A stretch of DNA of 40,742 nt, taken from Microcoleaceae cyanobacterium. Its GTDB lineage: Bacteria; Cyanobacteriota; Cyanobacteriia; Cyanobacteriales; Microcoleaceae. The notes below the pieces were generated by a model. That model saw only the letters and a list, made by a program, of their open reading frames with translations. It made no database searches and had not been told where the DNA came from. How positions within the stretch are numbered: position 1 is the first letter of the stretch; each line of letters begins with the position of its first letter. The stretch lies in the NCBI GenBank assembly GCA_051652765.1, contig JBOFUV010000099.1:1-40742 (forward strand), in the 5' to 3' direction. Below, piece after piece: positions 29,013 to 39,672 of this stretch. A program made the position numbers and the translations under genes.

Positions 29013-30280
29013 GCCCGAGTTGACGGCTCTAGAACCGTAGCATTCTCAGTCGCCACCACTTGAGCAAAGAGTTCTTCGTATTGATTCAGGGCTTGCTTGA
29101 AGGAAAAATGGTCTTCTGCATAACGCCGACCCTGTCTCCCCAAGGCCGCAACTTTTTCAGGGTGGTGATAGAGATTGAGTACAGCTTGAGCGAGGGCTTT
29201 AGGATCTTCAGGTTCGACTACAACTCCTCCTCCACTGGTTTCAACGGCCTCTTTTGCAGTTCCGGTGTCTGGAACCGAAGCCACAATCGCGCAACCACTA
29301 GCCAACAGCACGGGAATCTTGGACGGCAAGTTGAACACAGTCACTTGCCGCTTCTGCACCACCAAACCAATGTCAGCAGCCGATAACATCTCCGGCAATT
29401 TTTCCCGAGGCTGGAAGGGCAACAACAGGACATTGTCAGCGTTGTAAGTGTCGCAGTATTCCTGTAGATGGCCCAAAGCACTGGTTTCTCCTACAATCAC
29501 AAAGACAATTTCAGGAACAGTTTTCAGTTGAGCGGCAGCGGCAATCACAGTTTCTAGCCCTTGGGTTAGAGCAATGTTGCCAGAATAGAGAACAACGAAT
29601 TTATCTTGCAGATTATACAGGGCTCGAAATCCGTTGTTCTCTCGAGGAAGAGGCTGGATAAAGTCAGTATCAACCCAGTTCGGGATGTAGGTAATCTTCT
29701 CTGGAGGAATACCTTGCTCAATCAGTTTGTCGGCAAACCCCGTGGCAATCACACTGAGTCGATTGGCTCGCCAATAGGCAAACTGTTCAAATCGTTTGGC
29801 AATCTGAGCTAGTAAACCTCCCTTTTTGACCAGGTTGACTCGAACAGCTGCTTCCGACACGATATCTTGAATATTGATCACAAATGGACGGCGATTGACC
29901 CAGGCATACAGTGCAACAGGAGCACAGACTAACAACGGCGGTTCTGTGGCAAAAATCACGTCAGGTCGCCACCCGCTCAAGGCTTGAAACAGGCTTGTTG
30001 CAATGAAACTGCCATCCAATAAAATTCGGTCAAGTACACCGGGCTCTGGCCCTCGAACAAGAACGTAGCTGCGTTGAATCATCACGCCATTGCGTTCTTC
30101 CGTGAGATAGAATTTGCCCCGATAGTCGGGATAAATTCGCCGTTCAGGATAGTTTGGCATCCCAGTCACCACTCGTACCCGATGCCCCTGTTTGACTAAA
30201 CCCTCTGCCAATTCTGTTACAAGGGGGGCAATCCCAATCGGCTCAGGGTAGTAATTATAGGAATAAATCAAAATTCGCAT
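29009..30280 (-). CDS. Glycosyltransferase family 4, WcaI/WbuB-like
   Basis: MRILIYSYNYYPEPIGIAP, VTGMPNYP, YIPNWVD, LYSGNI...QGL, PSKI; stop overlaps the yqeK start (ATGA). Confidence 0.9.
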   Translation of the reverse strand: MRILIYSYNYYPEPIGIAPLVTELAEGLVKQGHRVRVVTGMPNYPERRIYPDYRGKFYLTEERNGVMIQRSYVLVRGPEPGVLDRILLDGSFIATSLFQALSGWRPDVIFATEPPLLVCAPVALYAWVNRRPFVINIQDIVSEAAVRVNLVKKGGLLAQIAKRFEQFAYWRANRLSVIATGFADKLIEQGIPPEKITYIPNWVDTDFIQPLPRENNGFRALYNLQDKFVVLYSGNIALTQGLETVIAAAAQLKTVPEIVFVIVGETSALGHLQEYCDTYNADNVLLLPFQPREKLPEMLSAADIGLVVQKRQVTVFNLPSKIPVLLASGCAIVASVPDTGTAKEAVETSGGGVVVEPEDPKALAQAVLNLYHHPEKVAALGRQGRRYAEDHFSFKQALNQYEELFAQVVATENATVLEPSTRA

Positions 30281-30353
30281 GGTCTTCAGATCCAACGACT
30301 AACCAACAGCTTGAAAATTTGCAGGGACACACAGTATCAGTAGGAAGACAATC

Positions 30354-30382
30354 AATTAAGATGCTTTTAATTAAGATGCTTT
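30354..30382. repeat. 15-bp tandem duplication AATTAAGATGCTTTT
   Basis: Two copies. Confidence 0.8.
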
Positions 30383-30649
30383 AGTCTGCGTATCCTTCTC
30401 TTACATTCGTTCTACCCTAGGATCAGGATACCCCTTTCTGATCAGAAGGTAAGCTATCCCCTAATCAACTAATGTAGCAAACTGACGAACATTTCCCCGA
30501 ACTCAGTTCCCATGACCCAGGGCAACCGCATCAAAAATGCCATGGTTTGGGCTAGAGTAACGTTACTGCAGGGGTAGCAGAAAGGTCAGAAACTACCGGA
30601 GTTTCCTCTATTTTGTGACTCTCTGATCTGGCTATGATGCAAGCAGAAC

Positions 30650-33229
30650 CTAGTTCTTTCCGAGGAGCCGATTCAATTGTTGAGAGATGAATTGATTCTC
30701 TGGCTGAAGCTGCACCGCCATTTGATAAAATACAATCGCCCCATCGACTTGATGGTGTCTAGCCAGAGTATCTGCCAATTGAGCGTAGAGTTTAGCGTCA
30801 TTGGGCCTAATTTCCAAGGCTTTATGATAAAGGGCAACCTGATCAGGGTTTTGCTGAATCACTCGACGATAGCAAGCTAGGGCTTGCTCCAGATCTCCCA
30901 TTGCTCGCTTTCGCAAGGCATCTGCTAGATGTTCCTGCATCCCAGGCAGGTCGTTCTGAAGCTGCTGCGCTCTCCGGTAAGCAGTGACAGCGCTCTCCCA
31001 CCGGCTTAACTGGGCTAGGGCTTTGCCCAGATTGTACTGTGACCAAGGGAAATTGGGATTGAGGGAGACGGCTTGTTGATACGCTTGGGCGGCTTCTTCC
31101 CACTGTTCGATCTGGGAGAAACAGTCGGCCAAACTGTTGTGAGACCAGAAAAATTCAGGGTTCAATTCAATCGCTCGGCGATAGGAGTTTATGGCCTCTT
31201 GCCATTGTTCTAACTGAAATAAGCTATCGGCTAAACTGTTGTGCGTCCAGAATTGATTTGGATCAAGTTCAATGGCGGTTTGATAAAGTGAAATTGCTTC
31301 CTTAAACTGCCCTTCCTCCCGCAATAAATCAGCGAGCTTTTGATAGGTATCAGCCTGAGTTGAGCCAAGATCGATGGCTTTTTGATAGCAGGGGATTGCC
31401 TTGCCAGACTCTCTAGTTTTACTAAGGCTATCCCCTAAACATTTGTACACTTCAGCATCAGATTCTACCCCATGATCAAGGCCAAATTGTAATGCTGGAA
31501 TGGCTTGTTGCCATTGTTCTTGTTTCGCTAGAGTCTTACCCAACCCAGCATAGGCCAGAGCAAATTGAGGATTGAGTTGAATGGCTTTGCGATAGGCTGA
31601 TTCTGCCTCCTGCAAGCGCCATTGTTCCTGCAAAATTTCCCCGAGTTGATAACAGGCTGGGGCATGGTTTGGAGTCAGCAGCAGTAACTGTTGATAGTGG
31701 AGAATCGCATCTTGAATCTGTCCTTGCTTCAGGAAAACCTGGGCTAAACCCTGATGAAATTCGGGTTGGTTGGGATCAAGGGCGATCGCCTCCCGATAGG
31801 CATTTACTGAATCACTCCAACTCCCTTGCTGGCAATACACTGCTCCAATTCCTCCATAGGCCCTGGCAACTTTAGGATTGAGTTGTAGAGCTTGATGGTA
31901 AGAGTTGAGCGCTTCCTTGAATTGCCCGTGCTGTAGATATTGATCTCCAATCCGAACCTGATCGTCGGAAGTTGCTTTACTGGGTTCTAGGGAAAAGGCT
32001 TTTTCTAAGCATAAAGTAGCCTTTTTTTGATCGCCCAATTCAGTAAATATTTTTGCAAGATTACGATAAGCTCCAGCAAAATCAGGGTTGAACCGGATTG
32101 CCTTTTGATAGTAAGAAACTGCTTTTTCGAGCCGTTCTTGTTGGGCATAAAGGCTGCCTAAGTTGGCTAAAACTTCTGGGAATTCAGGCTGAATTGCTAA
32201 CGCTTTTTCATAGGCTCGCGCCGCCGCCGCCATTTCCCCCAACATCTGCAACGCATTGCCTTGAATTTTGTAAGCGATCGCCAACTCAGGGTGGACTTGA
32301 ATTGCTGTCTGACAAGTATGAACCGCCGCATCCCATTGTTTCAAAGCACAGTAGACTTGGGCTTGTTCTATGTAATTTTGGGGAGGACGAACTGGGGAAG
32401 AATTAGCTTGATCAGGAGCAACAGGCTGAGGCGGAGGAGAACCCAGGGAACCTCCAAACGTAACGACTGTCCCATTGGATGGTGTATTCTGAGGCGGAGG
32501 AATCACCAGAGTATCGGTGGCCTGGAACTGAACAACGGTTGCATCGGATTGCTGTTTTAGGGCAGTGGCCAGGGTGTCTTGCGGATTTGCAGTGAGGGCA
32601 ATCGCTTGGCGATAGGCGGCAGCGGCTTCCTTCATTTTGCCCTGGTGCTTCAAAGTTTCTGCTAGGGCTTGATAGGCTGGGGCAAAGTTACCATCCCGTT
32701 CAATGGCACTTTTGTAGCAGACTTCTGCCTTTTCCCATTGATTTTGGTGATGCAATTGATGCCCTAAATCATAGTGAGCTTGGGCTGTTAACATTTGGGG
32801 GGTTAGAACTGCGGCTCGATAGGAACTTTCTAACGCCTTCTCAGGTTGGTTGGTCTGAGTCCAGATCTTGGCTAAATTTCGATAAACACCAGCAAAATCG
32901 GGTTTTAGCGTGACTGCCTGTTCGTAACACTGAATCGCCTGTTGCCACTGTTGGCGTTGGCCGTACAAACTGCCGAGATTGGCATGAACCTCCGCCCAGT
33001 CCGGTTGCAGGTTCAACGCTTTAGCATACCAATGTTGAGCTTGATCCCACTGTTTCTGCCGTTGAAGAACATCTGCCAACAGCTTGCAACCCAGAGCAGA
33101 ATCCGGCTGGATTTTTAGAGATTGCTCACAAGCCTTGTAGGCATCCTCAAGCTGTCCTTGATTGAGATAGCCTTTTGCCTGTTCGTGGAGAATTGCAGCA
33201 CTTCTTCGGATAATATCTTCGGCTCGCAT
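30650..33229 (-). CDS. Tetratricopeptide-repeat protein, no catalytic domain recognised
   Basis: About 20 34-aa repeats (A...LG..L......A...Y..AI.L.P) in two blocks separated by a Pro-rich linker. Confidence 0.9.
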   Translation of the reverse strand: MRAEDIIRRSAAILHEQAKGYLNQGQLEDAYKACEQSLKIQPDSALGCKLLADVLQRQKQWDQAQHWYAKALNLQPDWAEVHANLGSLYGQRQQWQQAIQCYEQAVTLKPDFAGVYRNLAKIWTQTNQPEKALESSYRAAVLTPQMLTAQAHYDLGHQLHHQNQWEKAEVCYKSAIERDGNFAPAYQALAETLKHQGKMKEAAAAYRQAIALTANPQDTLATALKQQSDATVVQFQATDTLVIPPPQNTPSNGTVVTFGGSLGSPPPQPVAPDQANSSPVRPPQNYIEQAQVYCALKQWDAAVHTCQTAIQVHPELAIAYKIQGNALQMLGEMAAAARAYEKALAIQPEFPEVLANLGSLYAQQERLEKAVSYYQKAIRFNPDFAGAYRNLAKIFTELGDQKKATLCLEKAFSLEPSKATSDDQVRIGDQYLQHGQFKEALNSYHQALQLNPKVARAYGGIGAVYCQQGSWSDSVNAYREAIALDPNQPEFHQGLAQVFLKQGQIQDAILHYQQLLLLTPNHAPACYQLGEILQEQWRLQEAESAYRKAIQLNPQFALAYAGLGKTLAKQEQWQQAIPALQFGLDHGVESDAEVYKCLGDSLSKTRESGKAIPCYQKAIDLGSTQADTYQKLADLLREEGQFKEAISLYQTAIELDPNQFWTHNSLADSLFQLEQWQEAINSYRRAIELNPEFFWSHNSLADCFSQIEQWEEAAQAYQQAVSLNPNFPWSQYNLGKALAQLSRWESAVTAYRRAQQLQNDLPGMQEHLADALRKRAMGDLEQALACYRRVIQQNPDQVALYHKALEIRPNDAKLYAQLADTLARHHQVDGAIVFYQMAVQLQPENQFISQQLNRLLGKN

Positions 33230-33300
33230 GGTTAGGCTAAGACTAAATACTTGATTATTCTCATTCTGTATCCTCCATTATAAGTGTTTAGGGAAAAATC

Positions 33301-33345
33301 TTATAGAGAATTTTATTATAAAAAACTTTATTATAGAGAACTTTA
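33301..33345. repeat. 15-bp tandem repeat TTATAGAGAACTTTA x3
   Basis: Three near-identical copies. Confidence 0.8.
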
Positions 33346-33529
33346 GAAAAGAACCCATCTACCTCAGAAAGGGATTTAAAGTCTTTCTTGTCATTAAAAA
33401 TTTGAGGAGTCAGGTTGGAAATCCCAGATTTTATATAAGTATCATTAATATCGAGACTTAGTTAAAGCTTAAAACGAGATTGCTTCAATGTTCATGTCTT
33501 AGATTAAGTTTCTGCAATAGTCTAGCAGC

Positions 33530-36415
33530 TTAGTCAACAATTCCAGCCTTTCCCAACAAAATTTTTAGCGAAGTTAAGTTCACCCAGATATCTTCTGTTA
33601 GAGGATTTTGATACATTAACTGTCTCAAAGGATAGCAAGAGAATCCTTCTCCTGTTAAAGTATAGTGTTCTAATCCCAAACACTGACTGATTACCCAATA
33701 GTAATGACGATGATAATGGGGCGAGATCAACTCAATCACCTTAACATTTGGCTGACAGAAGACAAGATTAGTCAATCCACTACCATGGGGAGCAATAATC
33801 ACTTTAGCTTGAGAAAATAGAGCAACCTGTTGAGCAAAAGAGAGATCTTCTAACTGAAAACTGATGAAATTGTATAGCTGTAAAACTTGCATTACATCTT
33901 TTTCATTCAATACTTTTCGATGTTTTGCATCCGCTCGGCTAATATAAATTCGTTCGGGAAAGGTCGCAGACTGGGAATGGATTGAAGTTAAAAAACTCTG
34001 TCGGAGAAAGTCAACTGCCCAGGGTTGTAACCAGCCCAAAGGCCCAGCAAAGGATGGAATAATCAACGTTTGAGCCTGAATGTGGGGATGGCGATCGCTC
34101 GTTAAAATCTTACTGTTGGGAATTCCCAGTTGTGTTAAGGTTTCCTGCTGAAAATCCAAGTGACAACTATTCACTAAAAAACAATCAATTTGATTAAAGT
34201 CAATTCCACTCCAGCGTAACAATTGAATTCGAGGTAAAATATCCACCATCCAATGAAAATAGATATGTCCTGATAGTCCTGATAAGACAGCAACTGAGCC
34301 ATCAATAGAAGTTAATTCAGGTAATTGTTCTACTCGGAAAATTTGGTGTTGTTCAGGACTATACTTTTGGCATCCCGGCAATTGACCGGGATATTCACGG
34401 GAAACGTCCGCCAATAATTGGTCATCTGGGGTGATGATTGCGATCGCCTTACACACCCTCCAATAGTTCTCCTGAGGTACAATCCAAGCCCGTCCATTGG
34501 GAACTTTAGCAACAAAAAGGGTTGGTGTAGATTCAAGAGTTTTGAGAGTTTTGTCCCAGGCTTTCTCCGTTGAATGACCTGAATTACCCTGACTCAGACA
34601 AGTTTGAATTCCATGGCCTAAGTTAGTCAGTTCCAGTTGCTTAAAAATCCGCTCTAAGCAAGGAGAGCAGTCTAGTCCTAGACAGTTTGAGCTGGAGTCA
34701 CTGGCATCAGAATGATTGACAATCGAAGTTTTTGAAATGGTATTTAGAACCGTTAATCGGATGTCCTGAGAGATCTCAATAGAATAATAATGAGTTGCGT
34801 CTAAGGTTTGGGTTTCCAACCAGTTCAGAGTTGTTGAACAGATGCCCTGAAGTTTTGGAGTTGAATTAGAATTTTGAACTGTTGCAGCATTGATCCATTG
34901 AATCACAAGGGGATGAATCGTCGTCTGACGATCACTTTTTTGAAAGGACTGCAACACTTTTTCATAATAGTTAATCGCCGAATCTTCTTGTTGCTGTTGT
35001 TCTAAAATCAATCCCAGGAGCAGGTCAATTTCAGGGCTAAACTGTTGACAACTCTCTGCCAGCGTTTGGGCTAGATTGGCAACCACTAAGGCGGCATCCC
35101 ACCGATTTTGTTGGAGTAGACAATAGCTTAATCGCCAGAAAATTTCCAGGAATTGGGGTTGAATATATAGTGCTTTTTGATAATAAAAAATCCCTCGTTC
35201 AAACTCTTCATACTGAGCTAAAGTATTGCCCAAGTGAAAATAGGTTTTAGCTAGAAGCTGGCAAAGTCTTGAAGATTCTGGGTCTGAACTTACGGGTTCT
35301 GAAGTTGGAAGCTGAGTAATTGTGACCTGTTCTAGATTAGAGTTGCTGTTATTGAAGTTACTCTGAGTAAAGTTACTTTGATGTAAAATCCTCAGAAATT
35401 GAGCGCAGGTGATTTGAGCCATTAACAGTTCATCGTCAGCAGCTTCAGAAATCGAAACTGCACCAAATTGCTGATAATACGCCTCAACAAATTTGGGTTC
35501 AAGGACAACGGCCTGTTTAAGATATGGCATGGCTTCGGCAAATTTTCCTTGCATGAGTAGAGAGTTGGCGCAATCGCTGTAGGCCAACTTACTTTCAGGC
35601 TCTAATTCAATTACTTTTTGAAAATAGCCAACCGCAACGCAATGTTGATTCTGACGTTGCCAAAGTTTGGCCAGATTACTGTAGGCAAGCGTCAAATCTG
35701 GCTGAAGTTTAATAGCATTTTGATAGGCAGTAATTGCCTGACCTGTTTTCCCCTGAGCGGCAAATACTTGACCTAGATTGTTGTGCAAAATTACCCAGTG
35801 AGGCTGCTGAGCCAATGCCTGTTCCAAAACAGTCTGAGCTTCAATTAATTGATCCTGTTTTAGCAGCAAACACCCCAAAGTATTGTAGGCTGCTGTTGCC
35901 GTTGGAATCTGGGTAATGGTTTGTTTCAAAAGTGTAATCGCAGCATCGATATTGCCCTGTTCATTTAATACAATCGCCCATCCCAAATATGGTAAAATAT
36001 ATTGAGAATTGTGAGCGATCGCCTGCTGATAATACTGAATAGATTCTACAAATTCTCCCTTTTTATGTAGGGCTTCACCCAGGGCATAATACAGTTCCGG
36101 TGGGGGTTGATGCCATAGTCCGGAGGCTTTTTGGTAGAAAGAAATGGCCTCATCCAACCATCCGACAGTCCGGTACAGCCGAGCCAAATAGGCATAAGGT
36201 TCAGCCCATTGGGGTTGTAGCTCAGTTGTCTTGACATAGGCGTGCATAGCCTCTGTCCATTCTTCCCGGACTTCACAAATATTGCCCAGAAGTTGATAGG
36301 CTGGTGCAAAATTGGGATGCTGACGGAGAGCTTGTTGACAAGCATCCAGAGCCTGATCAGTCTTGCCCTGAGAGAGATAGGCATTGGCTTGTTGGAGCAA
36401 CTGTTCAACATTCAT
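33530..36415 (-). CDS. TPR protein with C-terminal GT61 (DUF563) glycosyltransferase domain
   Basis: N-terminal TPRs; YFHWMVDILPR, RIYISR....R.V.NE, LSFAQQVALFSQAKVIIAPHGSGLTNLVF. Confidence 0.9.
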   Translation of the reverse strand: MNVEQLLQQANAYLSQGKTDQALDACQQALRQHPNFAPAYQLLGNICEVREEWTEAMHAYVKTTELQPQWAEPYAYLARLYRTVGWLDEAISFYQKASGLWHQPPPELYYALGEALHKKGEFVESIQYYQQAIAHNSQYILPYLGWAIVLNEQGNIDAAITLLKQTITQIPTATAAYNTLGCLLLKQDQLIEAQTVLEQALAQQPHWVILHNNLGQVFAAQGKTGQAITAYQNAIKLQPDLTLAYSNLAKLWQRQNQHCVAVGYFQKVIELEPESKLAYSDCANSLLMQGKFAEAMPYLKQAVVLEPKFVEAYYQQFGAVSISEAADDELLMAQITCAQFLRILHQSNFTQSNFNNSNSNLEQVTITQLPTSEPVSSDPESSRLCQLLAKTYFHLGNTLAQYEEFERGIFYYQKALYIQPQFLEIFWRLSYCLLQQNRWDAALVVANLAQTLAESCQQFSPEIDLLLGLILEQQQQEDSAINYYEKVLQSFQKSDRQTTIHPLVIQWINAATVQNSNSTPKLQGICSTTLNWLETQTLDATHYYSIEISQDIRLTVLNTISKTSIVNHSDASDSSSNCLGLDCSPCLERIFKQLELTNLGHGIQTCLSQGNSGHSTEKAWDKTLKTLESTPTLFVAKVPNGRAWIVPQENYWRVCKAIAIITPDDQLLADVSREYPGQLPGCQKYSPEQHQIFRVEQLPELTSIDGSVAVLSGLSGHIYFHWMVDILPRIQLLRWSGIDFNQIDCFLVNSCHLDFQQETLTQLGIPNSKILTSDRHPHIQAQTLIIPSFAGPLGWLQPWAVDFLRQSFLTSIHSQSATFPERIYISRADAKHRKVLNEKDVMQVLQLYNFISFQLEDLSFAQQVALFSQAKVIIAPHGSGLTNLVFCQPNVKVIELISPHYHRHYYWVISQCLGLEHYTLTGEGFSCYPLRQLMYQNPLTEDIWVNLTSLKILLGKAGIVD

Positions 36416-36442
36416 GGGCTGTTCAACTAAGTTGGCAGACTT

Positions 36443-37405
36443 TTAGAAATCCCACATGACTGGGTTATCGTCAAGCTGATCGGTAACAATTCGACCAATT
36501 TTGTCAATTTCCGCCAGGTCTTCCGCTGATAGCTTGACTTCGGCTGCATGAGCATTTTGTACTGCTTGTTCGGCATAACGCGCCCCCACAATTGCTTGGG
36601 CTTGAGGCTGAGCAATTAACCAAGCAATGGCTAGCTCTGCCAAAGTGCAATGATACCGTTCGGCAATTGGGCGTAGGTGACTCAACGCGTCTTGAACACG
36701 GGCATAGTTTTCTTTGAGATGAAATAATTTATTTTTTACTCGATGATCTCCCTCGGCAAATTGATGATCCGATCCAAACTTTCCCGTTAATAAACCCTGG
36801 GCCAAGGAAGAATAAGCCAAAATAGAAATGTTGTGATCTACGCAATAGGGCATCAACTCTTTTTCTGCAATTCGCCAAAACAAAGAATAAGGGGGCTGTA
36901 CACTTTCAATTCGACCATATTGATTTGCTTCTTCTAGTTGACTACGAGAAAAGTTTGACACTCCAATTGCTCGAATTTTTCCTTGTTTTTTTAACTGATT
37001 TAACGCTGTCATTGTTTCTTCAATGGGCACAAGTTCACTGTTCCAAGTTCCCGATGGCCAGTGAATTTGATAGAGATCAATGTAATCCGTTTTAAGATTA
37101 TTTAAAGAGCGATCGCAAGCTTCAATGACCTGATCATACTTCAAATGATTTGCAAAGACTTTTGTTGCATAAACGGCTTGATCTCGGACTTCGCTGAGGG
37201 CGGCAGCCACCACTCGTTCGGAGTGCCCTTCTCCGTAGACTTCAGCAGTATCAATCGTAGTAATGCCTGCATCAAATCCAGCCCGAATTGCCTTGATCGT
37301 TTCAGCATCTTCAATTCCAACCCACATCCGTTTACCTGCTTGCCAAGTTCCCATCAAAATTGGTGTGATTTGAATGTCAGAATCGCCTAAAGAGCGCATT
37401 TCCAT
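36443..37405 (-). CDS. Aldo/keto reductase
   Basis: IDTAEVYG.G.SE, ATK, TDYIDLYQIHWP, GKIRAIGVSNF, QPPYSL, YSSLAQGLLTGK. Confidence 0.95.
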   Translation of the reverse strand: MEMRSLGDSDIQITPILMGTWQAGKRMWVGIEDAETIKAIRAGFDAGITTIDTAEVYGEGHSERVVAAALSEVRDQAVYATKVFANHLKYDQVIEACDRSLNNLKTDYIDLYQIHWPSGTWNSELVPIEETMTALNQLKKQGKIRAIGVSNFSRSQLEEANQYGRIESVQPPYSLFWRIAEKELMPYCVDHNISILAYSSLAQGLLTGKFGSDHQFAEGDHRVKNKLFHLKENYARVQDALSHLRPIAERYHCTLAELAIAWLIAQPQAQAIVGARYAEQAVQNAHAAEVKLSAEDLAEIDKIGRIVTDQLDDNPVMWDF

Positions 37406-37417
37406 CTTGAAATCCTC

Positions 37418-37449
37418 AAGTTTTTGGGTCTATAAGTTTTTGGGTCTAT
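37418..37449. repeat. 16-bp exact tandem duplication AAGTTTTTGGGTCTAT
   Basis: Two exact copies just upstream of the AKR start. Confidence 0.85.
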
Positions 37450-37458
37450 CTTGCTAAC

Positions 37459-37575
37459 TATAGCGATCCTAAATCAATCATGAGAAAACTACAGAAGGTT
37501 TTTTTGAGGACTTCGCCCCCAAGGATGGGCAACGCCTCTCCACCCCCTTATTACCAATCATTCAGCACTGCTGTA
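37459..37575 (+). mobile_element. Dispersed ~115-bp MITE/REP-like element, copy B
   Basis: TATAGCGATCCTAAATCA...AATCATTCAGCACTGCTGTA degenerate terminal IRs; homologous to the reverse complement of 25441-25551. Confidence 0.65.
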
Positions 37576-37683
37576 GTCTAAATTAACCATCCTAAATGTA
37601 GGGTTGTATTTTGCCCATCTGTCAGAAATTTATACTACACTCTACAGCACAACAATTAATTTTATCTACCCTTACTGAATTAA

Positions 37684-38364
37684 ATGCTTTCCCAAGTTCT
37701 GAAAGAATGGCATGTAGCAGTTCAAGCCCTGCAAGAAGGAAAGACAGTTTTACTCTTGAGAAAAGGGGGAATTCGAGAGCAGAATAGCGAATTTTTTGTA
37801 GACCATCGTCAGGTTTTACTATATCCAACTTTTGAACATCAACGGCCTGAATTATTACAGTCTGGTTATCGTTATCAGGTTCAGTTGGTTAACTCAGGCT
37901 GGCATCCTGAAACAGTTCAAATTCAAAATTGGGCAGAAATTACGCAGGTTTTATCTTTAGAGACCTATCAAGTGGAACCTTTGATTTCTCAACTTTTATC
38001 CTTTTTGATTTGGAATGAATCATTTGTGCGCGATCGCCTGAATTGGAAGCCTGAGAAACCTTTACATTTTCTATTCATGAGAGTCTATCACTTACCAGAA
38101 ATCCATGAGATTCCCTATTATTCTAGCTATGGAGGATGTCGATCTTGGATTCAGTTGAAACAGCAAATTTCAATCGAAAACTCAACACCCAGTTTGACGA
38201 CTCAAGAGTACATTAGAATAACTTCAGAGATTACTAATTGCTTGAAAAGTATGGCAATCAATCATGATTTACAGCCGTTTTTGTTCAGACGTGATCCGGA
38301 GCGATCCCCCAATTCTGACAAGAAGCCGCTTCGCATCCAGGAAAAGGAGAACTTGAGTGGCTGA
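37684..38364 (+). CDS. DUF1802 family protein
   Basis: LKEW..AV.AL..G...LLLRKGGIRE, LLYPTFEHQ, RL.WKP, YGGCRSWI.L. Confidence 0.9.
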   Translation: MLSQVLKEWHVAVQALQEGKTVLLLRKGGIREQNSEFFVDHRQVLLYPTFEHQRPELLQSGYRYQVQLVNSGWHPETVQIQNWAEITQVLSLETYQVEPLISQLLSFLIWNESFVRDRLNWKPEKPLHFLFMRVYHLPEIHEIPYYSSYGGCRSWIQLKQQISIENSTPSLTTQEYIRITSEITNCLKSMAINHDLQPFLFRRDPERSPNSDKKPLRIQEKENLSG

Positions 38365-38425
38365 GATGTCCCGCACTGCCTTAAAAACCACTATAAATGA
38401 CGAAAAAATCTCTGTAACTTGTTAG

Positions 38426-38474
38426 AGAGGGGGTTGAGAATGAAGTCCCGCAGCAGGAGCAACTACCCTGCACC
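38426..38474 (+). repeat. Core of the same dispersed element, copy C (no clear termini)
   Basis: GGGGTTGAGAATGAAGTCCCGCAGCAGGAGCAAC vs copy A GGGGTTTGGGAACGAAGTCCCCAAGCAGGAGCAAC. Confidence 0.65.
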
Positions 38475-38623
38475 GTTTGTCAGGGGACTGTCCTGAATCC
38501 ATCCGCTAGCATGGGTAGTTTTAGACAAGACTTGCTCGAACTTATTCGCCAATGCGTGCGTCTATAAGTTCAACTCTTAAGAGTCAGAAACAACTTCAAT
38601 CCACAGCCTCACCTAGACTGACT

Positions 38624-39475
38624 ATGTTGAAATCTCCTTCATTTCTGTATCGTCGTTCTTTTCGACACTGGTTTTATCCATTGTTATCGATTTCGATTGT
38701 TTTTGGGATTTGGTTTGGCTCGGTTTATCCTAGCCAAGCTTTACCCTGGAGAGAGCTAATTTTTAGAGGCATTCAGGTCATTCAACTGACAACTTTATCC
38801 GATCGCCAGGAAGTTGAACTGGGGAAACAGATTAACGAACAGTTGGTAAACCGAGAAGTTCGCCTCCTCCGCAACGCTGAAGCAGTTAACTATATTAATC
38901 AAATTGGTCAGCAGTTGGCTCAAGCCAGCGATCGCCCTAAAATTCCTTACACTTTCCAAGTGGTGAACGATTCTAACGTGAATGCCTTTGCCACCATGGG
39001 AGGATTTGTTTATGTCCACACCGGGTTAATGGCTGCGGCCAGCAACGAGGCAGAATTAGCCAGTGTAATTGCCCATGAAATTGGTCATATTGCAGGTCGC
39101 CATGCAGTGGGTCAACTCAAACGCACAGCGATCGCCCAAGGAATCGCAACTTTAGCAGGAGTGGACAAGAATGTAGCAGTTCAGATTGGCGTTGAGCTGG
39201 CCCTGCGCCGCCCCAATAGCCGAGAGGATGAGTACGAGGCCGATCAGTTAGGTATTGCTGCCATGGGACAAGCAGGATACGACCAGGCTGCTGCCGTCAG
39301 CTTTATGAACAAGCTCTTGGGCAAGGCTTCTCCTCCTACTATTCTCAGTACTCATCCAGCAACCTCTAGTCGAATCACTGCAATGGAGCAGATGATTGAT
39401 CCTCGTCTGGCGAACAATGGCTTAGGGACAGACAATGCTGCTTACCAGGAACGAGTACGGCGATTGCTCTCTTAA
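38624..39475 (+). CDS. M48 family zinc metallopeptidase
   Basis: Signal peptide; VNAFATMGGFVYV.TGL, ELASVIAHEIGH (HEXXH), SREDEYEAD, LSTHP..R. Alternative start 38552. Confidence 0.93.
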   Translation: MLKSPSFLYRRSFRHWFYPLLSISIVFGIWFGSVYPSQALPWRELIFRGIQVIQLTTLSDRQEVELGKQINEQLVNREVRLLRNAEAVNYINQIGQQLAQASDRPKIPYTFQVVNDSNVNAFATMGGFVYVHTGLMAAASNEAELASVIAHEIGHIAGRHAVGQLKRTAIAQGIATLAGVDKNVAVQIGVELALRRPNSREDEYEADQLGIAAMGQAGYDQAAAVSFMNKLLGKASPPTILSTHPATSSRITAMEQMIDPRLANNGLGTDNAAYQERVRRLLS

Positions 39476-39483
39476 GAGTCTCC

Positions 39484-39672
39484 CTGGTCTTAAAGCTTAT
39501 TTTAAGGCTGGTCTTAAAGCTTATTTTAAGGCTGGTCTTGAAACGGGTCTTAAAACAAGTTTTGAAACTAGCTTTTCAAACTAGCTTTGAAACTAGCTTT
39601 TCAAACTAGCTTTTCAAAAAGGCAAATTGTTCAGACACTGTTCAGAAGTTACTCAAAGGAAGTTACTCGAAG
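39484..39672. repeat. Cluster of tandem repeats (24-bp x2, 12/13-bp AAACTAGCTTTTC x4, 14-bp GAAGTTACTC(A/G)AAG x2)
   Basis: Read directly in the convergent spacer. Confidence 0.85.

Noticed and set aside
39484..39672. CRISPR array
   Set aside because: The units are contiguous 12-24 bp tandem copies without unique spacers, and no cas genes are present.
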